From Spirochaetota bacterium (GTDB taxonomy: Bacteria > Spirochaetota > UBA12135 > COTS27 > CBDBHE01): a stretch of DNA of 64,000 nucleotides. The position numbers and the translations under genes were made by a program. Below are positions 1-9,271 of this stretch, piece after piece; positions within the stretch are counted from its first letter, which is position 1, and each line of letters starts with the position of its first letter. The DNA lies in contig CBDBHE010000007.1 of NCBI GenBank assembly GCA_965205605.1, positions 83,479 to 147,478 on the forward strand. The letters are read 5' to 3'. The notes beneath the pieces were generated by a model. It was not told the origin of the DNA. It searched no databases and worked only from the letters and a program-made list of their open reading frames with translations.

Positions 1-2089
1 GAAAAATATACTCTTAGCTGAAGAATCCAAGTTTATCCCCGGCACTGCAGGAGACCCCCTCAAGGCAGTAAAAAACCTTCCTGGTGTTGTAAACACAGGC
101 TCTGCCATACTCGATGGCTTGTATGTAAGAGGGGGAAATCAAGGGGATGTGTTGTATACAATTGACGATATTAAAATTGGAAATCCATATCATAACATAG
201 GATTTTATTCTGTATTTGCTTCTGAAATGATTGATAGTACTGATTTTTATCCGAGTGCTTATCCTTTTGATTTTGGAAATACCCAAGGAGCCGCCATTAA
301 TATTTTAAGTCGCTCCGATAATCCTCAAGAAATTTCAGGAGTGGTTGATTTGAATATAGGCATCGCTTTTGCTAATTTAATTATTCCTTTAATTAAAAAT
401 AAATTAGATCTTTACACTAGTTTTAAACGCTCTAATTATGAAATCTATCTTGCTATTGCAAAAAGTATCCCTGAGATTCCAAGAAACCTAATTGATTTTC
501 CTGCCCCTGTTTTTTTTGATAACTACAATAAACTTAGCTGGAAAATTGATTCTAAACAATCACTTTCTTTGCTTGTTATTGGAAAATACGATGATATTAA
601 AATAGCAACCTCTTTTCCGTTTGAAGATGAGGATAGTAAAACAAATGATGTGCTCATTGAAAATGCTTTTAGAAATTATTGGAATACCGCTGCAGTTACC
701 TATTTATGGGATAGTGGGAAAATGAAAAACAAATTGATTGTTTCTCAACTTTTTGAAAGAAACAATGTCTTTTTATTTGGGAGCTCTTTTAGCAAAACAG
801 ATGCGACCAAATGGAGCATTCAAGATAAATGGAGTTATCAAATGAACGACTCCTTCAACTTTAAAGCAGGAGTCGAATACACTTATGACGAAGAAACGGG
901 AGAAGGAAGAATCTTTAGTCAAAGAGAAGTCTTTGAAAATCAACAAGTAGCCAATAGAGTTACAAGTGATTATGCTGCTATTACCAATACCATTGAGTTT
1001 TTTTCTTCTGGAAATTTAAAAAGCCTCGATGACTTTAACAGGCACTCTATCAGTTTTTATGGGGGTTTCGACTGGAAATTAAATCAATTCATTTTTTCTC
1101 TTGGAGCTTTTTCCACTTACAAGATTTCAGAAAAATTCAATTATTTTATTGACCCTCGTTTAGAAATCACCTACCTTGTTAATGATCATTACTCTATTTT
1201 CACACGTATTGGGAAGTATAGTCAACTACCTCCTTTAATTGAACAAATCCCTATGGAGTTTCCTAAAAAAATTGATGATAATATCACAAGCCCTTATATC
1301 GAGCATTACGTTTTAGGATTAGAAACAAAAAAGCTTCCTTTGGATATCAAAGGAGAACTTTATTACCAAAATGGAATCGATCAAATTTTACCCAATCCTG
1401 AGCTTGATCCGAGTAAAGATCTTGACCCAAAAACCAATCCAACCACTTTAAACTCAGGATATAATCGAGGATATGGAGCTGAAATTTTAATCAAAAAAAA
1501 ATTTTCAAAAAAACAATTTGGATGGCTTGCTTATACGTATTCTGTTGCCCAAAGATATGAATATAAAGAAAACTCAAGCGTACAAGAATGGATTTTTTTT
1601 AATGAAGATGTCACACATCAAGTTAATTTAGTTTACTCTTATAAAATAAATAAAAACTGGAGAATTGGGACAAGAGCTAATATAACATCAGGAAAACCAA
1701 GAACAGAGACTCTCCTTGTTTTCAATGATAAAGATAGTAATGGAAAAATTAACCGTAACGAACTCTCTTATCTAGATGATAATAATCATCGAAATCAAGC
1801 GAGAAATCCTTATAATTATCGTCTAGATTTTAGAGTGGATTATATTACCAAACTATTTGGAGGAGAGCTTAATTTTTATTTAGATTTTTGGAATATTGAA
1901 GGGTTTTTTCATCAAAATATTTTAGGCTATCAAAGCAGTATTAGTTACTTATCAAAAGAGGCTCCTAACCAACTAGGTCCAGGTGATTTCAACAGTGATA
2001 ATCAGCGAGTCGTCCCTACCAGTAAATTACAATCTACTAGTCAAGTACCCCCCTTTTTACCTTTATTAGGAGTGCAGTATAAATTTTAA
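1..2089 (+). CDS. TonB-dependent receptor-like outer-membrane beta-barrel protein; 5' end lies outside the window (partial)
   Basis: The reading frame is open from base 2, upstream of the listed ORF start at 119. The translation has a plug-domain-like motif, DPLKAVKNLPGVVNTGSAILDGLYVRGG. The protein is long, rich in beta-strand-type residues, and ends in an aromatic residue (..YKF), as outer-membrane barrels usually do. Confidence 0.6.
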   Translation, partial: KNILLAEESKFIPGTAGDPLKAVKNLPGVVNTGSAILDGLYVRGGNQGDVLYTIDDIKIGNPYHNIGFYSVFASEMIDSTDFYPSAYPFDFGNTQGAAINILSRSDNPQEISGVVDLNIGIAFANLIIPLIKNKLDLYTSFKRSNYEIYLAIAKSIPEIPRNLIDFPAPVFFDNYNKLSWKIDSKQSLSLLVIGKYDDIKIATSFPFEDEDSKTNDVLIENAFRNYWNTAAVTYLWDSGKMKNKLIVSQLFERNNVFLFGSSFSKTDATKWSIQDKWSYQMNDSFNFKAGVEYTYDEETGEGRIFSQREVFENQQVANRVTSDYAAITNTIEFFSSGNLKSLDDFNRHSISFYGGFDWKLNQFIFSLGAFSTYKISEKFNYFIDPRLEITYLVNDHYSIFTRIGKYSQLPPLIEQIPMEFPKKIDDNITSPYIEHYVLGLETKKLPLDIKGELYYQNGIDQILPNPELDPSKDLDPKTNPTTLNSGYNRGYGAEILIKKKFSKKQFGWLAYTYSVAQRYEYKENSSVQEWIFFNEDVTHQVNLVYSYKINKNWRIGTRANITSGKPRTETLLVFNDKDSNGKINRNELSYLDDNNHRNQARNPYNYRLDFRVDYITKLFGGELNFYLDFWNIEGFFHQNILGYQSSISYLSKEAPNQLGPGDFNSDNQRVVPTSKLQSTSQVPPFLPLLGVQYKF

Positions 2090-2115
2090 ATAAAATAATG
2101 GTTTAATTTACTTGA

Positions 2116-2520
2116 TTGGTTTATACTACTACTAATAATGAAATGATCATTAAAAAAATGGAAAAGCTTAAAATTCTAACTAAAAGATTCGAAATTTTTC
2201 TTAAAAAAAGATGGGTTTATGTGAGAAGACTTCGTTTTTTAAAAAAAATTAAGCCGATTCATAGAAATAAAATCATTTCTGATATTTTTAAAATCATTCA
2301 AAAGTCAAAAGACCCTCATTTCATCGATAGAAACATTCATCATTTTGCTTTTAAGCCAAGAAAAGAGAATGAAAACAAATGGTACAATAAAGATGCTGAA
2401 ATTTGGCTTATTTATAATTCGCTTCCTTTGGCAGATTCACATACAGCTAAAGATATTAAAAGATACTTACAAGAACAAAAAAATAAAATAAAAACCTCAC
2501 TTTTTTTTGTTTTTTTATAA
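2116..2520 (+). CDS. hypothetical Lys-rich small protein; the true start may be the internal ATG (MIIKKMEK..)
   Basis: ORF only. No recognisable motif. Its composition matches the host genome. Confidence 0.25.
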   Translation: MVYTTTNNEMIIKKMEKLKILTKRFEIFLKKRWVYVRRLRFLKKIKPIHRNKIISDIFKIIQKSKDPHFIDRNIHHFAFKPRKENENKWYNKDAEIWLIYNSLPLADSHTAKDIKRYLQEQKNKIKTSLFFVFL

Positions 2521-3174
2521 AATCACTTTATTTTCAAAAAAATCTTTTTGATCATTAAATTAAAATAAATTGATTCTAAGCAAATTTTTTTCACTTTAAA
2601 ATTTGGCTTCTCACCTCATTATAATAAAGATCGTATTTACAAACTCTAAGAAGCAAAAAAACTACAATGCATTTTTGTAGCCTTTATTTCAAAGGACAAT
2701 CAAGTAAGTGCCAAAACAAATTCAACAACCTTTGTATAACGTGCTAATAAATAAGATGAACCTGCCAAATTCAAATCATTGGCCATACAAACTAAAGCTT
2801 GCTTAAGTCATAAAACAATTTTCTTGTAAAATTACTTTTTCCCGTACATTTATAGAAAATTGGATTGAATCGGGATTGATTGATTGATACAAGTATTTTG
2901 CTTAATTCTAAAATACCAAACACAACGATCAGCGATACCTATAGAAAGACTAAAAGAAATTACTTAGATATAGAAATTAATGAAAATGATATAAACATAG
3001 TAAACAAAAGGTTGAATGAGAGCAAAGAAAAATAGAGAAAATAAGTATTTTCACACTCACAAATGCATTCTTGATCCGCTTTTAAAAGTTTATTTAGATA
3101 ATAAATTTTAGGTCATTTTGAAATAAACAAGCATACGGGACTTTAAATAGAACTACCTATAAAGGTAGATATTC

Positions 3175-3270
3175 AATTTGGATAAAGTTTATCGTGAAAA
3201 TAAAAAATTAGCTTTAACTGAGCAAAAATATGAAGCAAGAAAAGAAATAGATTGAATTTTAGTGCTTTTT
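3175..3270. repeat. about 95 bp direct repeat, copy 1, upstream of the lyase gene 3401-6094
   Basis: aatttggataaagtttatcgtgaaaataaaaaattagctttaactgagcaaaaatatgaagcaag.. recurs at 6262-6355 with roughly 80% identity. It encodes an orphan C-terminal peptide, ..YRENKKLALTEQKYEARKEID*, and ends in agtgcttttttt. Confidence 0.7.
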
Positions 3271-3400
3271 TTTATATGTGTATTTTTCCTATAGAAAAAG
3301 TATGAAATATTTTATACTTAAATAAAGTTTAAAAAAAATAAAGCTTTAAGCATAATGTTATTATATATAGTCAAATATTTATAAAGAAGGGGTAAAAACA

Positions 3401-6094
3401 ATGTTTTATAAGAGTTTTTTGCTAAAAGGTCTATTTTTATGTTTATTGTTGCTAATAGTAGTACCAACTTTGCAGGGGCAAACGGATGCAGAAAAGAAAA
3501 AATCGGTAGATTACATTCGCTCTATGATGTTGCAGGGCTTATATTATAACGCGGAACCTAAAGCAGAAGTGTTAGGGTTAGGTCAAACAAAAGTTATTGT
3601 AAACGAAAAATCAAGAGCGATATATAACGGAAAAAACTTACAAAATATGGATTTAAATAGCGTCCATGCCTTTTTTGCCTCTGGTACCTACAAAAATATC
3701 AACAAGGACAATATTGTTGATTACCAACACAAATTGGTTGTATTAGCTTTTATTTACCATGGAATAGAAAAATTTTACTTACCACGATTTAAATTTAAAA
3801 ATGTAGAATCTGCTAAGAAACGCAAAGGTAATAAGGATGTACGCAAGCTTATTTTAGAGGGCATAAAGCTTATTTTATCCGAAAAACATCGACCTGGGCA
3901 TGCCTACCATGTGACATATTCTTATCACTACTATCCGAAATACACGACGACTACGATAAGTGCGGTGGCAACTTTATTGTTTGATGAATTCAACAAAAAG
4001 AATGACAATATGGATTTAATAGAAAAAAAAGAATTTGCTGAAGTGTTTAAGAAAATTAAAGATTACTGTAGAATTTTAGGATATGGGGGGGTGCAAATTA
4101 CAGGTGCTAACTGGGCTATTCGAGGCAGCTTTAATGCCCTTTTATATCTATCAGCTGTTAGCCAAGTGGAAGAAATGGAAGCCTTTATGAAGCAGCACGA
4201 TATTTCTATGAGGCGTTTAAATGATGAGGGCGTTACCTACGATTATGGTTTTTTTCATCACACTTATTGTAACTACTGGGGCAAATATGGTATTCATTAT
4301 TTTAAGTTAACCGCTGATTTAGCCATGCTATTGGAGGCCACACCGTGGAAATTTTCCACGTGGAAAAAACGTTTTTTGCGCAATTGCTTGTTAGATGGGT
4401 TTGGACCCCTGGTTTATCGAGGCAATATACTTGCCCTTGAAGGTGGCAAGGCTTCGCTGACGGGAGGCATTACTAAAGCTTACAGTTCACAATACTTAAA
4501 ACCCGTTGAAAAATTAATAAAATTGTGGGGCATTGATGAGTTTGGTGGCTCACGTAAAGACGAAGTACTGGCCTACATCAACAATTTTGATAGTAGTGCT
4601 GACCACAAGCCAGAAGATAGTAAATTAATCGAATCAGAAAACCACAAAGTATATTGGTATAGTGCTAAACAAGTACATCGACGCAAAAACTATGCTGTAC
4701 TAGTCGGTAGGCTTAATAAATGGGTTGGTTCACCTGAACGCGAACAAAGGGTACAACCCGATTTATCTTTTGCTACATCTTCTTACTATGCTTTTGGCTA
4801 CACATCATTTTTAACCAAAGGACCAGAGCATACCCATGCCAGAGCCGCTTGGGATTTTACCACACTTCCAGGTACTACTGTGGCAATTGGTATGCGTGGT
4901 ATTTATAAACTCAAACAAAATATAGAAACAAAGGTGCCATATTCTGGCGGCGTTTCCGATGGCATGTATGGGGTGGGTGGTTTTATTTGTGATGCTGGAA
5001 ATAAGGGAAATAATAGGCGGCATCCCGTTGTGTCTACCAAAGGCAATTTCTTTTTTGATGACGAAATAGTGATGTTAGGACAAAGTATTTCGCGCAAGTA
5101 TGATGTTTTTGAACCTTACCCAAGCCCACCCTGGAGCGATAATTCGGATAATCCTGTGTGGACTACCATCGACCAAACTGATGCTCGTACTTCGCTCACT
5201 TACAACTTAGGCGATAACTCTGCTACAAAAGTCATTCCTAAAATTTCCAATTCCGATCAAGGTACTTCTCTTAAAATAAAAACCAAAGGGGATGTGGCAT
5301 GGTTTCACCACGATGACAAAGGCTACCTTATTTTAGGAAAAAACAAAGCTATTGTGTTAGAGATGAAAAATTTTCCGGTGTACGAAGCTAGATTTTCCCT
5401 TGGTTCGTACACAGGCGCTCTTGTCGCATTGGGTGATCAAACACCTCCTCGGAAATTAAAAAATTTAGGTCGTTCTATTAAAAAAAAATTAATAAAAAAA
5501 TATGGCAGAAAAAAATTAAACGGATTTGCTACTATAAATAGCCCCGAGTTGAAAGTAATAAGGCAACTTCCCTTGATACGTCTTGCCATTGATCACGGCA
5601 AAAAACCTAAAAACGAGTCTTATGACTATGTGTTGCTACCCAATGTAACCGCTAAACAAGTTGAAAATTACGCAAAAAATTTGCCTTTTAACATTATTAT
5701 CAATAAAAAGGGTATTCAAGCAGTCGTGCATAAAAATCTTAATATGGCTCAAGTACTCTTTTATAAAAATGGCGGCAATATTAAATTTAAGCTTGGTGGT
5801 AAAAATATCGAATTAAAAGCTTCTACATACTCTGCTATTTTGCTAGCACGTGATAAAAATAATGAAAAAGCATATCGTATTTCAGTCTCCGAACCCACTT
5901 ATTTGGCAAGCTCTTTGAAAGTAACCATCAAAGGATTGGCCTTTTCTTTAGATACCAAAAAAACCAAAAAAAAAGCTGCTATAGCTACAAAAGTAAAAGG
6001 GAATGACAAAAGCCAAATGACTTCCATAAGTTTTAAACTTTCAAAGAAAAACATAACCGATAAAAGCATAACTGCTCATCTCATTTTGTTGTGA
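3401..6094 (+). CDS. secreted polysaccharide lyase, family 8-like (hyaluronate/chondroitin AC/xanthan lyase family)
   Basis: N-terminal Sec signal peptide (MFYKSFLLKGLFLCLLLLIVVPTLQG). Contains PL8-type blocks: an aromatic catalytic region (YDYGFFHHTYCNYWGKYG), a W..LPGTT block (AWDFTTLPGTTVAIG) and a C-terminal YDYVLLPNV block comparable to ..GYMLIPNV.. of hyaluronate lyases. GC content is clearly above the genomic background. It is a paralogue of 22356-24908 and 51518-53971. Confidence 0.6.
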   Translation: MFYKSFLLKGLFLCLLLLIVVPTLQGQTDAEKKKSVDYIRSMMLQGLYYNAEPKAEVLGLGQTKVIVNEKSRAIYNGKNLQNMDLNSVHAFFASGTYKNINKDNIVDYQHKLVVLAFIYHGIEKFYLPRFKFKNVESAKKRKGNKDVRKLILEGIKLILSEKHRPGHAYHVTYSYHYYPKYTTTTISAVATLLFDEFNKKNDNMDLIEKKEFAEVFKKIKDYCRILGYGGVQITGANWAIRGSFNALLYLSAVSQVEEMEAFMKQHDISMRRLNDEGVTYDYGFFHHTYCNYWGKYGIHYFKLTADLAMLLEATPWKFSTWKKRFLRNCLLDGFGPLVYRGNILALEGGKASLTGGITKAYSSQYLKPVEKLIKLWGIDEFGGSRKDEVLAYINNFDSSADHKPEDSKLIESENHKVYWYSAKQVHRRKNYAVLVGRLNKWVGSPEREQRVQPDLSFATSSYYAFGYTSFLTKGPEHTHARAAWDFTTLPGTTVAIGMRGIYKLKQNIETKVPYSGGVSDGMYGVGGFICDAGNKGNNRRHPVVSTKGNFFFDDEIVMLGQSISRKYDVFEPYPSPPWSDNSDNPVWTTIDQTDARTSLTYNLGDNSATKVIPKISNSDQGTSLKIKTKGDVAWFHHDDKGYLILGKNKAIVLEMKNFPVYEARFSLGSYTGALVALGDQTPPRKLKNLGRSIKKKLIKKYGRKKLNGFATINSPELKVIRQLPLIRLAIDHGKKPKNESYDYVLLPNVTAKQVENYAKNLPFNIIINKKGIQAVVHKNLNMAQVLFYKNGGNIKFKLGGKNIELKASTYSAILLARDKNNEKAYRISVSEPTYLASSLKVTIKGLAFSLDTKKTKKKAAIATKVKGNDKSQMTSISFKLSKKNITDKSITAHLILL

Positions 6095-6261
6095 GTTAGC
6101 TCTAATTAAACAAGTAACCGTTTTTTTGTAAAACAGAGATGAAATGTTAATGAAATTAACACTTTTAATAGATTGTCTATTCTCGCCATGCTCACCAAAC
6201 AAAAGATAACCTTCACAAGAATAGTGCTATTTTGTAACAGAGCTTTTGTTTAAACTTAGCA

Positions 6262-6355
6262 AATTTGGCTCAAAGCTTATCGTGAAAATAAAAAATCGAC
6301 TTTAACTAGACAAAAATATAAGAAAAAAAGCAGATTGAATCTTAGTGCTTTTTTG
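6262..6355. repeat. about 95 bp direct repeat, copy 2, downstream of the lyase gene 3401-6094
   Basis: aatttggctcaaagcttatcgtgaaaataaaaaatcgactttaactagacaaaaatataag..cagattgaatcttagtgctttttt is homologous to 3175-3270. Confidence 0.7.
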
Positions 6356-6506
6356 TATTACATAGCTGGCATAAAAAAAAGACGAAGATGAGAAAAAACA
6401 ATCGTTATTTTCAATTGTTTATTTTCTCTAAATAAGAAAGAATCACTACATCTCTTGTCCCAAGAGGTTTTATTAATAGAAGATAAACATAAGAATCTTT
6501 TTTTTT

Positions 6507-7508
6507 TTAAGAAAATTTCTTACTATTTTTAATTTTAATTGATAATTTTTCCTTCCATTCTTTTATGGACTCAACGTTACTAACCAAACTGTTTTCATCT
6601 CCCCCAAGTGCTTCTGAAATACCACCTCGATTAGAAGCCAACACATCAATTCCCAAAGCTTTCGCCTCAACAATGATACGAGGATAAGATTCAAACCACC
6701 TCGAAGGCACTAAAACAAGAAAAGCATATTGGTAAACCAAAACAACTTCTTTTTCCCAAGGCATATAAGAAATATTTTTAACTACTTTTTTTTTTTCAAA
6801 AAATCGATCAAAAAAATAAAAATGTTCTTCTGTAAAAAACTTTGCTAGCTTATAAAAAACATCAACTCCTTTAAAAAAATTATTTCCAATAAAAACAATG
6901 CCCTTTACAAAGGGTTTCTTTTTAAGTTTCTTAAAAGAAGTCATCAAGGCTTTTTTACTTGTTTTTGGTAAATTAACAAAAACATTATTTTGAGTAAGTT
7001 GTAAAGCTTCCCGCTTAATAAATTCAGAATTGGCCATCACTTGAGCTTTCTTAAAGCATTTTTTCAAATCACGCTTCCAATAAAAATAAAAAGGCAACGC
7101 ACTAAAAGAATAACAAAACCTCAAAAATCTTTTAAAACCTCTGTAATAGTTATTATTCCAACCAAGTCCCGTTTCATCTCGAATACAATAAACACAAGGC
7201 CCCCTATACGCATTAATGGCTGCCGGTGCAAAATACCCATAACTATAAAGGATATCTTCTGTAGGTAATTGTTTAAAAAAATATTCAATTTTTTTTTTAT
7301 TTAAAAAATATTCAATGTAAATCCATCTCGTAAAAGAAAAAGGAATCAAAAAAGAGAACGTTATTTTTCGCCAAGTTTTAGGAAAAGTCATCTGATGTTT
7401 ATGAGCCCCAAAAGATTTAATTTTATCACAAAAAACCACTGTAACCTTCTTTCCTTGTTTTTCTTGATCCAAACAAAACTGATGCATACTTATTTCAGCA
7501 CCCCCCAC
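6507..7508 (-). CDS. glycosyltransferase, GT4 family (the N-terminus probably extends upstream of the listed Met)
   Basis: A GGAE motif sits at the N-terminus (..QVGGAE..). A GT4 C-terminal motif is present: PSRWFESYPRIIVEAKALGIDVLASNRGGISEAL. The frame stays open upstream (..KNILIFSKFFGYQVGGAE) with no canonical ATG there. Confidence 0.6.
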   Translation of the reverse strand: MGGAEISMHQFCLDQEKQGKKVTVVFCDKIKSFGAHKHQMTFPKTWRKITFSFLIPFSFTRWIYIEYFLNKKKIEYFFKQLPTEDILYSYGYFAPAAINAYRGPCVYCIRDETGLGWNNNYYRGFKRFLRFCYSFSALPFYFYWKRDLKKCFKKAQVMANSEFIKREALQLTQNNVFVNLPKTSKKALMTSFKKLKKKPFVKGIVFIGNNFFKGVDVFYKLAKFFTEEHFYFFDRFFEKKKVVKNISYMPWEKEVVLVYQYAFLVLVPSRWFESYPRIIVEAKALGIDVLASNRGGISEALGGDENSLVSNVESIKEWKEKLSIKIKNSKKFS

Positions 7509-7615
7509 TTGATACCCAAAAAATTTAGAAAAAATTAAAATATTTTTTAGATGATTTCATCACTAATAATTAGCTTTTAAAAAAAATATTTTTAGATTAA
7601 AATATAACTTAATTC

Positions 7616-7645
7616 AGATTTAGATTTAGATTTAGATTTAGATTC
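7616..7645. repeat. hexanucleotide tandem repeat (AGATTT)x4 plus one imperfect unit, in a divergent promoter region
   Basis: The sequence reads agatttagatttagatttagatttagattc. It lies between the GT4 gene (minus strand) and the membrane-protein gene 7686-9263 (plus strand). Confidence 0.8.
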
Positions 7646-7685
7646 AAAATACTGTTAACAACATTCTAGCAAAAAATTATTTTTT

Positions 7686-9263
7686 ATGAAAAAAAAAACA
7701 ATTCTATTAATTGCAAGCTCAATTATTTTCTTTATAAGCTATAAGTATCTAATGAATTATATCCTATGGCAAGGTCGATCTATCCCCCCTATTAATGACA
7801 TTTTAAACTACACTACTAGGGTCCAAACCGTTATAAATAATACTTACCAAAATGATAATACTTTTTTCTATACTTATCCATTGGGCTTTCTAGGAAAGTT
7901 GTTTAAGTTAAGTGCTTTTACAACAATCAAATATAGCTACTACCTAGGGCCTCTACTTGCTGCTTGGGTACTTTTCACCTACCTAAAACCTATTTTTAAA
8001 AATAACTATCTCACTGCTTTATTTTTTTTTCTAATTTCTTTTTATGCTGCTGGTATCGGCTTCCATTCTTTTACACATTTTGTTCCTAGCTTTTATTTAG
8101 TGCTACTTTCCTTTGTTTTTTTACAATATTTATTTTCATATTATTTCAAAATAAGCCTAAAAAAAATCATAATCCTACTTGTTATTATTACAGTTAGTTT
8201 GAATATTCATGGTGCTGGGTTTTATATGCTAATAACTCAAGGAATTATTTTTTCGATCCTAATTTTTTTAAAAGAAAAGAAAAAAATTAATTTCAAAAAA
8301 ATAGCTTTATTATTTCTTCTCATTTTTATCATCCAAAAAATACAATTGTTTTCAACTCCTGCTTACAAAAATCTTTTAAACAATTACTCAAATGAAACAT
8401 TAAAACTTAAAGGACCATTAACACCATTATTTTCTTACATTAAAATAATTTTGACACAAAAACACTATATTGCCTTTTTCAAATACTTTTGGCCAAATCC
8501 TTATTTAGGAAGCTTAATCGTCCTTACACTTATTGGCTTAATCTTTTTTTCTTTAAAAAAACCAAGCAGTTTGATTAAAAAACCTATTATTTTTGTCCCT
8601 CCTTTAGTTTGGTTTTTTCTTTTTCTCATCATTCCTTTTTTTAAAGAAAGAGCAAATCGAATTGTTGAGTTTTTGTTCCCTTACTTTATAATTTTTCTGA
8701 CTGTTTTGTTTTATGATTTTTTAAAAACACAAAAAAAATATATCACTCTTGGTGGGAGCCTTTTTATTTTTTCACTAGGATTATTAATGAGTGGAAGCTT
8801 TGCTTTAGAAGAAAATATCCAATACAAAAAAGTCAAGCCTATTCCAAAACACATTGTCTCCTACTTAAAAAAAGAAAAAAAAGAAATAATTTCTAATCAC
8901 TCTTTCTTTTTTAATTATTTAAAATTACACTTTTTGATACGTACAAAAAAAACTTCTTCTCATTTTTCAATTCAAAAACTTTTTTTCCAAGAAAGCAAAA
9001 ATATTATTGACAACTTAGCCCAAGTTACTAATAAATCAAAATATATGGTGATCGTTTTTAATCCAAATTATGAACGAGAAACTTACCGTTTCAAAAAAAT
9101 TCTTAAAAAAATACTAATTAAAATGGACATCCTAAAGTCAAATACCCATAATGCCTTATCTAAAAATAAAATTAAAGATCCTAAAAAAATCTTGTTTGAA
9201 ATCAAAACAGAAAAAATGAAACTCATTTATAAGAATAAAACTTTTTCGATTTATCATTTATAA
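7686..9263 (+). CDS. polytopic integral membrane protein, possibly a GT-C/ArnT-like glycosyltransferase or O-antigen-related membrane protein
   Basis: The 525-aa sequence has many hydrophobic segments. Its position inside the LPS/O-antigen cluster is the only functional clue; no specific motif was recognised. Confidence 0.45.
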   Translation: MKKKTILLIASSIIFFISYKYLMNYILWQGRSIPPINDILNYTTRVQTVINNTYQNDNTFFYTYPLGFLGKLFKLSAFTTIKYSYYLGPLLAAWVLFTYLKPIFKNNYLTALFFFLISFYAAGIGFHSFTHFVPSFYLVLLSFVFLQYLFSYYFKISLKKIIILLVIITVSLNIHGAGFYMLITQGIIFSILIFLKEKKKINFKKIALLFLLIFIIQKIQLFSTPAYKNLLNNYSNETLKLKGPLTPLFSYIKIILTQKHYIAFFKYFWPNPYLGSLIVLTLIGLIFFSLKKPSSLIKKPIIFVPPLVWFFLFLIIPFFKERANRIVEFLFPYFIIFLTVLFYDFLKTQKKYITLGGSLFIFSLGLLMSGSFALEENIQYKKVKPIPKHIVSYLKKEKKEIISNHSFFFNYLKLHFLIRTKKTSSHFSIQKLFFQESKNIIDNLAQVTNKSKYMVIVFNPNYERETYRFKKILKKILIKMDILKSNTHNALSKNKIKDPKKILFEIKTEKMKLIYKNKTFSIYHL

Positions 9264-9271
9264 CTTTTTTT

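Noticed and set aside
14-286. Minus-strand ORF of 90 aa at the window start
   Set aside because: It lies entirely inside the much longer plus-strand TonB-receptor-like frame. It has atypical composition, no start context and no motif, so it is most likely a spurious antisense ORF.
4811-5097. Small antisense ORFs inside long genes (4811-5023, 4903-5097, 7041-7268, 11879-12076, 16044-16250, 20148-20336, 20480-20842, 21102-21284, 22859-23056, 23098-23280, 24635-24844, 25986-26540, 26631-26816, 30166-30363, 31972-32280, 32760-32957, 35163-35348, 43444-43713, 45772-45966, 46295-46483, 46891-47091, 47989-48222, 52630-52851, 54281-54469, 55010-55367, 58702-59738, 60636-62177, 62650-62844, 62919-63170)
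   Set aside because: All are nested in or antisense to well-supported longer CDSs and carry no motifs. They are expected by chance in long ORFs.
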